This document shows, in pieces, positions 9,289 to 19,306 of a DNA stretch of 64,000 nt. The DNA comes from an uncultured Planctomycetota bacterium (GTDB lineage Bacteria > Planctomycetota > Planctomycetia > Gemmatales > Gemmataceae): contig CAWKHF010000001.1 of assembly GCA_963849325.1 (NCBI GenBank), forward strand, positions 1-64,000. The letters run 5' to 3'. The translations under genes and the position numbers were made by a program. The notes beneath the pieces are model-generated. The model did not search any database. It had not been told where the DNA came from and was given only the letters and a program-made list of their open reading frames with translations. The number at the start of each line of letters is the position of its first letter. Position 1 is the stretch's first letter.

Positions 9289-11523
9289 TCAATACTTTCG
9301 GGAAATCGGCTTGAGGGGAATCCCCCTCGCCGTCAGGTATCGCTTGGTCTCCTCCCAAGCCTTCCAGCCGACCGCACCGATGATCTGCCGCCTCGCCCCG
9401 TTGTGGCGGGCTACGAACTTGTCGCCGTCCGCCACCATCCGGTCGTCATCCCGCGGAACGTCAACGTCGTCGTACTTTTTGTAGTAGGCGCGGAAGAAAT
9501 CGCTGACCTTCTCGACGTGCCGACGAATGCTCGCACTCGATAGACTGTCGGAGATGGTGACGAGATCGGGAAGCACGACCTCCAACTCTGTGAACGAGAA
9601 CGAATCCGTCCGCCGCTTGCGGCACAACGCCCCGATCCAATAGAAGACTTCCAGTTGCCCGGTCAGTTTCAACGCCTCGTCGCCCGTCCGCTCGATGCCC
9701 TTGGGCCGTTGTCCCTTGCCATCGGCCGCGAGGAGCGATGGGGCCAGTGGTGCCAGAATCTGGATTGCCGCCAGCGCAACCATCGGGTCCGGGTTCGACC
9801 TCGCTTTGTGCAGCGCCGGAACGGCGGCAGCGCCGATCTTCCTCAAGGCTGTGCCCGCATTCCGCCGGACCGTCTCGCCCAGGTCGGCGAGAGCGGCGAC
9901 GAGAACCGGAATAGCCGCTTCCGCGGCGGGTCCGATGTTGCCCAAGGATGCCGCCGCGTTTTGCCGGATCGTTTCGTCGCGGTCAGCCATCGCCGCCAGG
10001 AGGGCGGGGACGGCCGGCCCGCCAATTTTCCCCAGGATTTCTGGCGTTTTCCGCCGAACCGATTCGTCGGGATCGGCCAGCGTGGCAACCAAGTCCGGGA
10101 TGGATCGAACCCCGATCTGCTCCAGGGCGTCGGCCGCGTGCTGCCTTACGGCTTCGGCGGAATCGGCCAGCGCACGGATGAGAACGGGAACAGCAGTCTC
10201 AGCGCCGATTTCTCCCAAGGCCCAGGCCGCCTCCGCGCGAACGCGCTCGTCCGGATCGGTCATCGCGGAAATCAGAGCCGGAACGGCGGCCAGAGCCGGA
10301 GCCCCGATCATGCCCAAGGCCCCAGCGGCGGTTTCGCGGATGCGTTCGACGGAGTCGGAGAGTGTGGCGATGAGGGCGGGAACAACGGGTCCGGCGTTCG
10401 CTCCGATCCGACCCAGTGCCCAAACCGCACGTTGGCGAAGCCAGGCGTCTGGGTCGGGAAGCACCGCCGCAAGGACGGGAACAGCGTCCTTGGCCGGGGC
10501 TCCAATTTCTCCCAGCGCCCAAATCACATTGCCGCGGACCAACGGGTCCGGGCCGGCCACCGCGCGGATCAGAGCCGGGACAGCCGGCAGTCCGATTCGT
10601 CCCAATGCGTGCGCCGCTGACACTCGCGAATGATCCACTCTACCGGCGATTGCTGCCATGAGGGCGGGAACCGCCGCCTCGCCGATCTCCCCCAGGACCC
10701 AGGCGGCATAGCTACGGGCGTCATCGTCCGGATTGGCCAGTGCGTCGATCAGGGCCGGAACCGCGGGAAGCCCGATCCTCCGTAACGCTTCGGCCGCGTT
10801 CGCCTGAACTTCGTCGTCTGTGTCGGCCAGCGCCGCGATCAGGGCCGGGACCGCGGCTTCCGCCGGCGGCCAGATCTCGCCCACGATGCGGGTGGCCTTT
10901 TCGCGGACACCCGCATCGGTGTCGCCGATCGCGTCGATTAAGGCGGGAGCCGCAGCGGTACCGATCTCTATCAACGCGCTGGCTGCGGCGTCACTCACCT
11001 TTCCGTGATCGCCTTTCGTCGCCAACAGGGCCAGTGAGATGATCCCTTCCGGCACCCCGATCTTGCCCAGCGCCCCGGCCGCGTGATTGCGGGTCACTTC
11101 GTCAGTGTCCGCCAACACCACGACGATAAGGTCCGGGACGGCGGCTTCCGCCGGCGGCCCAATCTCCCCCAGAATCCAGGCGACCCACCGGCGGGTCCGC
11201 TCGTCGGAAGCGTTCAGCGCGGCGATCAGGCCCGGAACGGACGGAGCCCCAATCTGTTTCAGAACACCGGCCGTGTTTTGGTTGATCGTGTCATTTGGTT
11301 CGGCGAGTGCCGCGATGAGAAGGGGAACCACTTCGGTGTGGTGAAGCCTGCCGAATTGCAGCATGTCATCGTTCTCGGAACTCCACGCCGGACCGGCCAA
11401 CGCCGCGACCAAGCGACGGTATCCCTGCAAGGGCTTTTCTGAACCGGAAGTTTCATCGGATTTGGTGTTCATGGCGTCGATCTCAATCGCGATACCCGAC
11501 ACATCACTCATCGCCCACGCCAA
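9289..11523 (-). CDS. HEAT/PBS-lyase repeat protein with a C-terminal putative HTH
   Basis: More than a dozen repeats of AVPALIAALxDxDxxVRxxAAxALGxIG; C-terminal FSFTELE...LSSASIRRHV. Confidence 0.88.
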   Translation of the reverse strand: MAWAMSDVSGIAIEIDAMNTKSDETSGSEKPLQGYRRLVAALAGPAWSSENDDMLQFGRLHHTEVVPLLIAALAEPNDTINQNTAGVLKQIGAPSVPGLIAALNASDERTRRWVAWILGEIGPPAEAAVPDLIVVVLADTDEVTRNHAAGALGKIGVPEGIISLALLATKGDHGKVSDAAASALIEIGTAAAPALIDAIGDTDAGVREKATRIVGEIWPPAEAAVPALIAALADTDDEVQANAAEALRRIGLPAVPALIDALANPDDDARSYAAWVLGEIGEAAVPALMAAIAGRVDHSRVSAAHALGRIGLPAVPALIRAVAGPDPLVRGNVIWALGEIGAPAKDAVPVLAAVLPDPDAWLRQRAVWALGRIGANAGPVVPALIATLSDSVERIRETAAGALGMIGAPALAAVPALISAMTDPDERVRAEAAWALGEIGAETAVPVLIRALADSAEAVRQHAADALEQIGVRSIPDLVATLADPDESVRRKTPEILGKIGGPAVPALLAAMADRDETIRQNAAASLGNIGPAAEAAIPVLVAALADLGETVRRNAGTALRKIGAAAVPALHKARSNPDPMVALAAIQILAPLAPSLLAADGKGQRPKGIERTGDEALKLTGQLEVFYWIGALCRKRRTDSFSFTELEVVLPDLVTISDSLSSASIRRHVEKVSDFFRAYYKKYDDVDVPRDDDRMVADGDKFVARHNGARRQIIGAVGWKAWEETKRYLTARGIPLKPISRKY

Positions 11524-11964
11524 GCCGCTGACGTTCCCTCTTGATCGAAGGCTATTCCCTAGCCCCGGCCGGTCGAGTCCAGCGAGGTCGGGCGGCTTGC
11601 CGCTTCGGGGTAAGCCGAACTGAAGCTTCCGACGAATTCCGCCAGGCTTTCAGACGGCCGCCGCGAGACGGCATCGAACCCGTCCGCCGCCACTCGCTCG
11701 GTCAGGCCGTGGCCGCACCCGAGCCGCTCCGGGGCGAGAGCCGACGCAACAAGCACTTCCGAACCATCGCCTTGAGGTGTCCTGCCAACGTACCGCCGTA
11801 ACGGAGCGCCACCCCAGCCCGACCGTACCCAAAGTATACCGTTGCCGAACAGGTTCTGCCCGACGCGACCCCCGCTTGCCCTTCCCGCCGGTTGCTGGGG
11901 CGAGGGCCATCCCTGCGTGCCTCCTGAGGGGCCACGAGACCGTTCCCTCCGAGACAAGCCATTC

Positions 11965-13407
11965 TCAAGCCCGGTCTAGCGAGGACGGTTTGATCGCCCG
12001 AAGTGTCAGGCCGATCACATCCCTGAGAGCGCGACGCTGGAGGGCGAGAGCCAGGCCGCCGGCCACGATGGCTAACCCCGTCGCGAGGGTGATGTCCGCC
12101 CACCACGCGGCCGGAGCGGCAAAGTGGTAGACCAGGAGCGCCGCGGCGGTCAGGGTGCCCGGCCACAGAAAGCACCGCGCGTAGACGAGCAAAGAACAGC
12201 CGATCACTGGTAAACTGATCCGGAGCGACCACAGCGTGAAGAACAACACGCACGCGGTATACGCCGCGGCCACCGCCTCGACGCCGTGGCCGACGGCGAG
12301 GAGAAGGCCGGCCAGCCACAGGGCGGCGTACCGGGCCGCGAGTCGGAACTGCACGTCCGTCCGCCCCGTGGCCATCAGGAACGTCCCGATGAGGGCCGTC
12401 ACCGGCTGGACCGCCGTGGCCGGAGCGACCAGCACGAAAATCGGCGCAACCGGGGACCACTTCTCTGACAGCAGTCCGGTGAAGATTGGTCCGCTCGCGG
12501 CAGCGGCCAGGGCGACCGCAGGCAGGCACCCGGCCGCGAGCAACCGGGTGAGGAAGAGGAACAAGACCTTCCACTCACGCTCGTTTCCGCGGATGGCCGC
12601 GACGTGCGGGTAAAGGACGTATTGGAGCGGGCCGGTCACGAGCATGGACGGCAGCCGGGCGAACTGGAACGCCATCGCATACACGCCCACAACCCCAGTG
12701 CCCCACACCCGTCCGATCACCAGGTTTTCCAGCGACCGGCTGACGAAGGAAATCAGGGCCGCCCCGAGGAGGTTCCGCCCAAACGTCAGATGGTCGCGGG
12801 CGTCGTGCAGGTCGAATATCGCCTTCGGACGGTAGGAGGACCGCGCCAGGGTGAAAACGAGGCGGACCGTATAAAACACGACTTGCTGCCAGACGAGTGC
12901 CCAGACGCCGCAGCCCGAATTGGCCAGGACCACGGCGACTGCAACTCCCGAACCCATCGCCGTGATCTCCGTGGTCGCGATTACGCCGAACCGCCCGCCC
13001 TGCTGCAACGCCGCGCCCGGAACGAGCGTCAACGACTGGAGCGGCAGAACCGCGGCCAGGGTGAGCAGGATCGCGGTCAGACGCGGCTGGCCGAGTAGGG
13101 AGGCGGCCCCAGGTGCAACGAGCGCGACGGCGAGACCGGCCGCCGTACCGAACAAGCCCGAAAGCCAGAAGCAGGTGTGCCAGGCTGGTCCATCGGGCGG
13201 GCCGGAGCGGACGAGCGAGGCGGCGAGGCCGGCATCGGCGAGCGTCATGAGGAACAGGATGACGGGCATGGCCATCGCGGCGAGGCCGTAGTCTTCCGGC
13301 GAAAGGAATCGGGCGAGGATCGGCACGGAAACAAACTGGACCGCGAGTCGCACCACGTTGGTGAAGCCCACCGTGGCCGTCCCCCTGGCAATGCGTCGGA
13401 GCGACAC
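11965..13407 (-). CDS. Polysaccharide flippase (Wzx/ExoT-like)
   Basis: LARFLSPEDYG, multiple TM helices, GVYAMAFQ. Confidence 0.88.
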   Translation of the reverse strand: MSLRRIARGTATVGFTNVVRLAVQFVSVPILARFLSPEDYGLAAMAMPVILFLMTLADAGLAASLVRSGPPDGPAWHTCFWLSGLFGTAAGLAVALVAPGAASLLGQPRLTAILLTLAAVLPLQSLTLVPGAALQQGGRFGVIATTEITAMGSGVAVAVVLANSGCGVWALVWQQVVFYTVRLVFTLARSSYRPKAIFDLHDARDHLTFGRNLLGAALISFVSRSLENLVIGRVWGTGVVGVYAMAFQFARLPSMLVTGPLQYVLYPHVAAIRGNEREWKVLFLFLTRLLAAGCLPAVALAAAASGPIFTGLLSEKWSPVAPIFVLVAPATAVQPVTALIGTFLMATGRTDVQFRLAARYAALWLAGLLLAVGHGVEAVAAAYTACVLFFTLWSLRISLPVIGCSLLVYARCFLWPGTLTAAALLVYHFAAPAAWWADITLATGLAIVAGGLALALQRRALRDVIGLTLRAIKPSSLDRA

Positions 13408-13409
13408 CG

Positions 13410-14425
13410 CTACCGCCCGCGAGAAGGCTCACGCCGCGCCAAGCGGGCGAGTGACGTTCCACCGACACGAAGCATGGTGACGGGAAGCGCAGCCAGCGTC
13501 GCCGGGTCTGTCCGCAGGAGCCGCCATACTACGCCGGGCACCCGTTGCGGGTGTAGCACCAGGTTCCGCAGCAGGTGATACGCCAGAGCATTCCGGCACT
13601 CGGTCACGTGGTGGTCGTTCCAGGCTTTGGTGGGGACGGATAACGGTATTGCTTTGTCGATAAACCGATGGGCCAGCAACTGGTCGAGCTTGATGGCCAG
13701 GTAGGGAGCGCTGTCCCATGAGAGATTCGCGTAATACATGTTCAATCCTCGCCCGCACTCGACTTGGCTGTCGGCATCGAAACCGACGCGGGCCGCGCGT
13801 GAGGCCAGCGCTGCAAAGAACAACACGTCCTCGCCTGCTGTTCGCAAGCGGGTGTCGAATCTCAGGCGTGTGGCGATGGCTTGACGGTAAACGACCGTCG
13901 AAGCCTGCGTCGGGAATTCCTCCAGGATCAGCCGAACCAGATGATCGGGGTGGAACTCGATGAGCACCCGCGGGCTGCCGGTGTTGGGCGAGAAACTGGT
14001 TCGTCGCGGGGCAACATTGGGAGCGAACGTGCGAGCCGTGGTGCCCCGGCCGGCCGTTGTCCGTGAAGTAGAAATCAAAGCCATCCTCGTGGGCGCGAAT
14101 CGCTCGCTCCAGATGGTCGTGCGGCCAAACGTCGTCGGAATCCAGAAATGCGATCAGAGTGGCAGAGTTCGACGCCATGTCGAGGGCGCGGTTTCGGGCG
14201 GAGGCGACGCCTTGGTTTTCCTGCCGGACCACGCGGACCCGGTGTGGGCCGCCAAAACACGCCTGTCGGACTTCGCCCAACCCCAAACAAGGCGAGCCAT
14301 CATCCACGACGAACACCATCACCGACCACGGGGCAGGCACACGTTGAGCCATAACGGACGCGAGCGCCCGCGAGAATGCCCGGCTCGCGTTGAAAAAAGG
14401 GGATGATGACCGCCACCTCACGCAC
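13410..14425 (-). pseudogene. GT2 glycosyltransferase (ExoW-like) with two frameshifts (~14370 and ~13970)
   Basis: VAVIIPFFQREPGIL / VVDDGS, NQGVASARN, FLDSDD / AGEDVLFF are spread over successive frames. Confidence 0.8.
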
Positions 14426-15323
14426 GACGCCCACCTTTTCCGTATTTCGCCTGAAGAAGCACAAGTTGTTCGAGCATTCGCCCGGTGGCGTCGTCGAGAA
14501 GTTTGTCGGCGCTCAGGCAGGGTGTTCCACGTGCGAGAATGGTCAGTCGCCGGGCAGCGACGCGGGTGACTAAGGGTGCCGCTAGCCTCGTCCACGGCTT
14601 TTGGTTCGCCGCCCCAACGAGGCGGGAGAGGACCGGGCTGCGAGCCGCGGCGATCTGAGCTTCGGCCAACGTGGAGGGCCACAACCGGCGGAAGCGGAGC
14701 GGGATATGAAGCGACTCGGCCCAATCCAGCCATTTGTCCCGGTGGAGACTGTCGATCGGCAAGAGCGGAATCCAGGGCACCCGCAACGCATCCGCCACAA
14801 TCGCCCCGTGCATCGCTTCGCACAGCATCACCTCGCAGCCCAGAATGGCGTCCAGGACTTTTTCCACCGGCGAACTCGGATCGATCAACCGGACGCCCGC
14901 GCGCTCGCAAGCCGCCTGCCAGTTCCCGCGCGGCAGACTCTCCCAGTGCGGCATGAAGCCGATCTGACCAGGAACTTGCCGTCGGGCCAAACCAAGGGTA
15001 CGCACGAGGACCGCAGCGTCGCCGATGCCGACGTGATCGGGAAGCCCCAGCGCGCGGGCGGTCCTCGGTCCCCGGACGAAGAACACGTCCCAGTCCGGGC
15101 CGCGAACATCCGGCACGCGGTCGTGGTAGGCGGACACGTACCCCGCTCCGAACACGACCTTGCGGGCGGCGGTGTCGTACTGTGTTCCGATGATCGAGCC
15201 GATCCCCAGGAAGAGCACACGCGGGTCGTCGTCGAAGAAGCCAGGCAAGAGCCGCGGCCACAACCACGTGTTCAATTCGTCCCCGAAGTTCGGACGGCCG
15301 CCCCGAAACCACTGCAACTTCAT
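14418..15323 (-). CDS. exoV: Polysaccharide pyruvyl transferase, ExoV-like
   Basis: NFGDELN, GIGSI, VRGPRTA, FMPHWES, EAMHGAIVADALRVPW. Confidence 0.85.
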   Translation of the reverse strand: MKLQWFRGGRPNFGDELNTWLWPRLLPGFFDDDPRVLFLGIGSIIGTQYDTAARKVVFGAGYVSAYHDRVPDVRGPDWDVFFVRGPRTARALGLPDHVGIGDAAVLVRTLGLARRQVPGQIGFMPHWESLPRGNWQAACERAGVRLIDPSSPVEKVLDAILGCEVMLCEAMHGAIVADALRVPWIPLLPIDSLHRDKWLDWAESLHIPLRFRRLWPSTLAEAQIAAARSPVLSRLVGAANQKPWTRLAAPLVTRVAARRLTILARGTPCLSADKLLDDATGRMLEQLVLLQAKYGKGGRRA

Positions 15324-15565
15324 GGACGAAGACCCGACTGCTCCGGTTGGGTCCTATCACGTGCGCGGAAAACGGTAGGAATTGCTATGCGGCGGTTAGA
15401 ACCCCGCCGAACTTTAATGACTCCATCCATCAACACCACACGCAGTTTGCGATTAAACTCCCTGCCGACATTGCCACAAGGGTACTTCTCTGTCAACGAC
15501 TCCGAGAACGGCCTATCGTCAGTGGGGCTTTCGGATGGGAAGCGTCCTCGGGGCCTGGAACAGTT

Positions 15566-16096
15566 TCACTCTCCCCTATGCTCCGCCCGCGCAAACGCCG
15601 GGGCATGGGTCTTGATCCACGTCTGAAGTGCGTCCTGCGATGTAAATTCCTCGATCTCGATGCTGTCGATGGTCGGTCCCGTTTCCCCGACCCGTTCGAT
15701 TTCCTCCCGGCTCATTTCCCGAATCCACAGGACACGGTTTCGCTGCAAGCCGGCATGAGTCAGGTTGATCGATCCGTCCGCCAGCGGCTTGTCCAGGTTG
15801 CTGCCGCGGATCAGGACGAGATACACGACATCCCCGGAAAACTTCAGCAACAGCCCCTCTGACGGATTGAATTGCCACGGGCCAAGCCAGCTATACGGGA
15901 ACCATCTGCTATTGCCGTCGCGGAGGCGAAACTCCACCGAGGCGGCGGTATCGCGGATGCCGCGCAAATAGCCAAAGGCGGCACAGGAGGCTTCGTCGTC
16001 GCCGTCCCCGTCGTGTCCTCCGGTCGATGCGGCCTTGGCCCCGGTCTTCAGAATGTGGCGTAGCCGGTCCTGGTGTGGGGTGGGATTATCGGTCAT
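15566..16096 (-). CDS. Hypothetical protein coupled to the relaxase
   Basis: 176-aa ORF overlapping the relaxase stop. Confidence 0.65.
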   Translation of the reverse strand: MTDNPTPHQDRLRHILKTGAKAASTGGHDGDGDDEASCAAFGYLRGIRDTAASVEFRLRDGNSRWFPYSWLGPWQFNPSEGLLLKFSGDVVYLVLIRGSNLDKPLADGSINLTHAGLQRNRVLWIREMSREEIERVGETGPTIDSIEIEEFTSQDALQTWIKTHAPAFARAEHRGE

Positions 16097-18761
16097 GGTC
16101 CATGCTCCGTTCCGGCTTCAGGTCCCTGGCCGCTGATGCCTGGACCATTGCCGCCAACCGGCGGGCCAGTGCCAGCGGCTTGTCGAGGAGCCTATTCGGG
16201 CCTGTTGCCCCATTAGCCGACTCGTCGAGTTGCGTTGCCGAGAGCGGTTCGTCGGGTTTGCTCACGGCTTTCAGCAGTGCTTCGCGGTCGTCGGTGAAGA
16301 TCACCGCCTGTTCCTTGCCGCGCGTCAGGGCGACGTAAGCGGTGCGCTGGTTGGTCGCGGGCAATGATTCGCTGGCGATGGCCACGAACACCTTGTCCAC
16401 CGTGTCCCCTTGTCCGGCATGGCTCGTGACGACGTAACCGTGCGTGAGATGCGCGAAATCCCGGTCGATGACCCAGCCGTGATCGACGATCAGGTCGCCC
16501 CGCCGGGTAAACCCTTCCACAGTCAGAATCGCCCCGTTGGCGAGCCGGTGCTTGCCGTCCTTCGTCTTGCCGCCCGCCGTGATGCGGACGCGGTCGCCGC
16601 GTGCCACCGCCAGTGAGACCGGCCGGAAGACCTCGAACCGCTCGGCCAGGTCTACGGGCGGCTTGACGCCCTCTTCCACGATCAGCCGCGATCCCTTAGC
16701 GTGGCCTTTGGCATTCTGCTGGAACTGCACCAGGTAGCCCGCCTCGTACTCCGTGGCGTCGGCCTTCTGCGGATTGGTCAGGTGCATCGGGACCCATGCT
16801 GTCATGTCGCGTTCCTTGCCGAGCTTGCCGGAGGCTCTCAAACCGGCTCGAATCGCCTGCGTCACCCGGCTCCCTTCGGCATGGGTCGGCGAGACGACCA
16901 GGGCCGTCTTGGACTCGCCGTTCTTCTTTTTCTCGGTCACGGCGGCCAGGTACGCTTCGGCCAGTTGCTGGTTCCGGTTTTCATCCGGCACTTCCCTGAT
17001 CCATTTGAGCCTCTCGAATTCGGCGAAGGCGTCGGCGATCCGGCCTTGGCTCAGCGCCTTCGCCGCCTTTTTGTAATCGCCATCCTGCCGGAGGATTTCC
17101 GTCACCTCGGCGACCTTCAGCCCGGATTTTTCTTCGAGCAACTTGAGCGGTTCACCGGCGGTCACGCTGCGGTGCTGGCGGCGGTCGCCCACCAGCAGGA
17201 CGCGCGCATTCGCAGCTTCGGCCACCTCGAACAGGTGGCCCATGTCTCGGGTGCCGAGCAAGGACGCTTCATCGACCAGAATGACGCCGCCATTGGCCGA
17301 TTGCTGCAACGGCTCGCTCTTGAGGAACATCGCCACCGTCTCGGCGGAGGCGAACCCGGCCTGCTCACGCAGCACATCCCTCGCCTTCACGGATTGCGCC
17401 AGGGCGACGACCGGCTTACCAGACTCCAGCAAACGCTCGCCGATTTCCTGTTCCAGCGTCGTTTTCCCCGTCCCGGCCACACCCCGGATAATCATCACCC
17501 GGTCACGGGAGCCCAGCACGTGGCGGACGGCGGCTTTCTGCCCCTCGTTGAACCAGTCGCGGGAGATCGCTTGCTGCGCATCACCCATCGGCCGGTGGCG
17601 TCCGCGCCCCTGCCGTGCAAAGTCGATGAGTTTCGATTCCAGAGCGAGCATTTCCTTCGTGGTTGCCATCGCACGGCCGTCCACTTCGCTGCGGATGAGC
17701 GGTCGTTTCTTTAACTCCGCTGCCGTGCTCTCGACGGTCACTGTGCCAAGCCCTCGCTTCAGCGCCTCCGTCAACAGCTTGCGTTCGGGCAGCACCGCAT
17801 CGCGGGTGAAGCTGTGGCCAAGGGCATAATCAACCGCCAAACTCTCGCCACGCTCCGGCCGTGCAAATGGCGTGGCCCGGCTATATACCCCCTCCAGGGT
17901 ATGCCTCTCCGTCGCTGTCATTCGGCCTTCCCAGTCCCGGCGCAGCTCCGCTGTGGTCAACTCGTTGTTCTTGTGCTCCCGCGTCTCGGCACCAAGCTCC
18001 GCCTTGCGGTCCGGGTCGGTAATGCCGAGTTCCTGTGCCTTCTGTTCGATTTGGGCGGTACGCCGCGAGAACCGGCCCAGCACATCCTTCGGGACGCCCG
18101 CGATCTCGAAGTCATCGCGTTTCCTTTCAACGCCGAATCCCAAATCCTGGAGCTTGTTCGCCAGCCGCACGCGGAACGCCGCCTGAAAATACGGGGCATC
18201 CCGCTTCAACTCCCGGAATTGACCCGCTTTCCAGCGTTCCTCATCCTGGTCCCAGGTGGTGTTGAAGACGAAGCAGTGGGCATGAAGTTGCGGATCGGGG
18301 ACGCCGTCCACGGGCCGCGACGTGGTGTGAATGAACTCTGCCCAGGTCATGTTCCCGGTCGTGCGGTCCTTGTCCTCCCCCTTGCGGCGGACGCGGGTCT
18401 TCATCTCCGCTTCCATCTCCCGCATGGTGTCATCGACCGCCGAGCGGAATGCGTCGAGTATCTGGTGGTCGCCAGTCAACCCGTAAAGCAGCGACACCGA
18501 CTTGGGGACCGAGAAGGTGAAGTCGTAGCCGACCGTGCGGTCAGAGCGATTCCGAACCGTCAGTTGCTCAGCCGTCCGGGGATGGAGGTTGTCGCAGAGC
18601 CGCTCGAAGGAGAGCTTGTCAACCTTGCCCTCCAGGCCGAGCCGGGCCGCCCCCTGTCCGCCCCAGGAACCGATCAGCTCCTGACCTTCCGAGTAGTAAT
18701 CCGCGGTGGCGTAGTAACGCTTGGCCCCGGAGGCAGAATCCTGTTGTGTGACGCGGATCAT
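16086..18761 (-). CDS. mobF: MOBF (TrwC/TraI-like) relaxase-helicase
   Basis: YY/DYY tyrosines, DFTFSVPKSVS, HTTSR...DPQLHAH, GVAGTGKT, VDEAS, GDRRQH. Confidence 0.93.
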   Translation of the reverse strand: MIRVTQQDSASGAKRYYATADYYSEGQELIGSWGGQGAARLGLEGKVDKLSFERLCDNLHPRTAEQLTVRNRSDRTVGYDFTFSVPKSVSLLYGLTGDHQILDAFRSAVDDTMREMEAEMKTRVRRKGEDKDRTTGNMTWAEFIHTTSRPVDGVPDPQLHAHCFVFNTTWDQDEERWKAGQFRELKRDAPYFQAAFRVRLANKLQDLGFGVERKRDDFEIAGVPKDVLGRFSRRTAQIEQKAQELGITDPDRKAELGAETREHKNNELTTAELRRDWEGRMTATERHTLEGVYSRATPFARPERGESLAVDYALGHSFTRDAVLPERKLLTEALKRGLGTVTVESTAAELKKRPLIRSEVDGRAMATTKEMLALESKLIDFARQGRGRHRPMGDAQQAISRDWFNEGQKAAVRHVLGSRDRVMIIRGVAGTGKTTLEQEIGERLLESGKPVVALAQSVKARDVLREQAGFASAETVAMFLKSEPLQQSANGGVILVDEASLLGTRDMGHLFEVAEAANARVLLVGDRRQHRSVTAGEPLKLLEEKSGLKVAEVTEILRQDGDYKKAAKALSQGRIADAFAEFERLKWIREVPDENRNQQLAEAYLAAVTEKKKNGESKTALVVSPTHAEGSRVTQAIRAGLRASGKLGKERDMTAWVPMHLTNPQKADATEYEAGYLVQFQQNAKGHAKGSRLIVEEGVKPPVDLAERFEVFRPVSLAVARGDRVRITAGGKTKDGKHRLANGAILTVEGFTRRGDLIVDHGWVIDRDFAHLTHGYVVTSHAGQGDTVDKVFVAIASESLPATNQRTAYVALTRGKEQAVIFTDDREALLKAVSKPDEPLSATQLDESANGATGPNRLLDKPLALARRLAAMVQASAARDLKPERSMDHDR

Positions 18762-19228
18762 GCCTCAATTCTAGATTGCCACAAATTCGTTAACGAAGCG
18801 TTAACGGGCCAACGATTCTCCGCGGATTTCCTTGGCTTACAACAACTCAATGAGTGCCAACGTCACCCCACCGTCACCGCAACATCACCGATTGACACGG
18901 TCGTCTTCAACGATCATCTTGCGGATCACTCCAGATTTCTCCCGCCTGGCGAAGGGACACTTGGTCTTCCACCAAACCGCTTACCGCTGGGCCGCGACGC
19001 CCGCCGGGGGAACTTGGCCTTTGGACTTACTTTTTGCAGGGAGCACCGACGGTTCCCCCTGCACCCCTTCCTTTTCCAATTGCCCTTCAGCCAACACAAG
19101 CCGCTGAGCAGAAACGTAAAAACAGAACCCCCCGCTCGGGCTCAACCGCTCCGGCTCAAGTGGACGGTCGGCACACACACACCTCCCGCCACCACCGCTT
19201 CTCGCCTTACGCGGGGACCCCCGGTTAT

Positions 19229-19263
19229 GAACCCCCGCGACGGCGATCCGCGATGGCGACGGT
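19229..19263 (+). repeat. 35-bp box, copy 1 (27/35 identical to 33586-33620)
   Basis: GAACCCCCGCGACG-N8-CGAYGGCGACGGT; an AGAACCCCC(C)GCTCGG box lies upstream at both loci. Confidence 0.7.
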
Positions 19264-19306
19264 CGGAAAGGCAAGGAGGAATGATTTCAAGAGATGCGAA
19301 AGGCAA

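Noticed and set aside
9700-11300. Periodic DNA repeats as a CRISPR-like array
   Set aside because: Explained by HEAT-repeat coding.
13429-15360. 643-aa ORF
   Set aside because: Chimera of an off-frame exoV shadow and the middle part of the frameshifted GT2.
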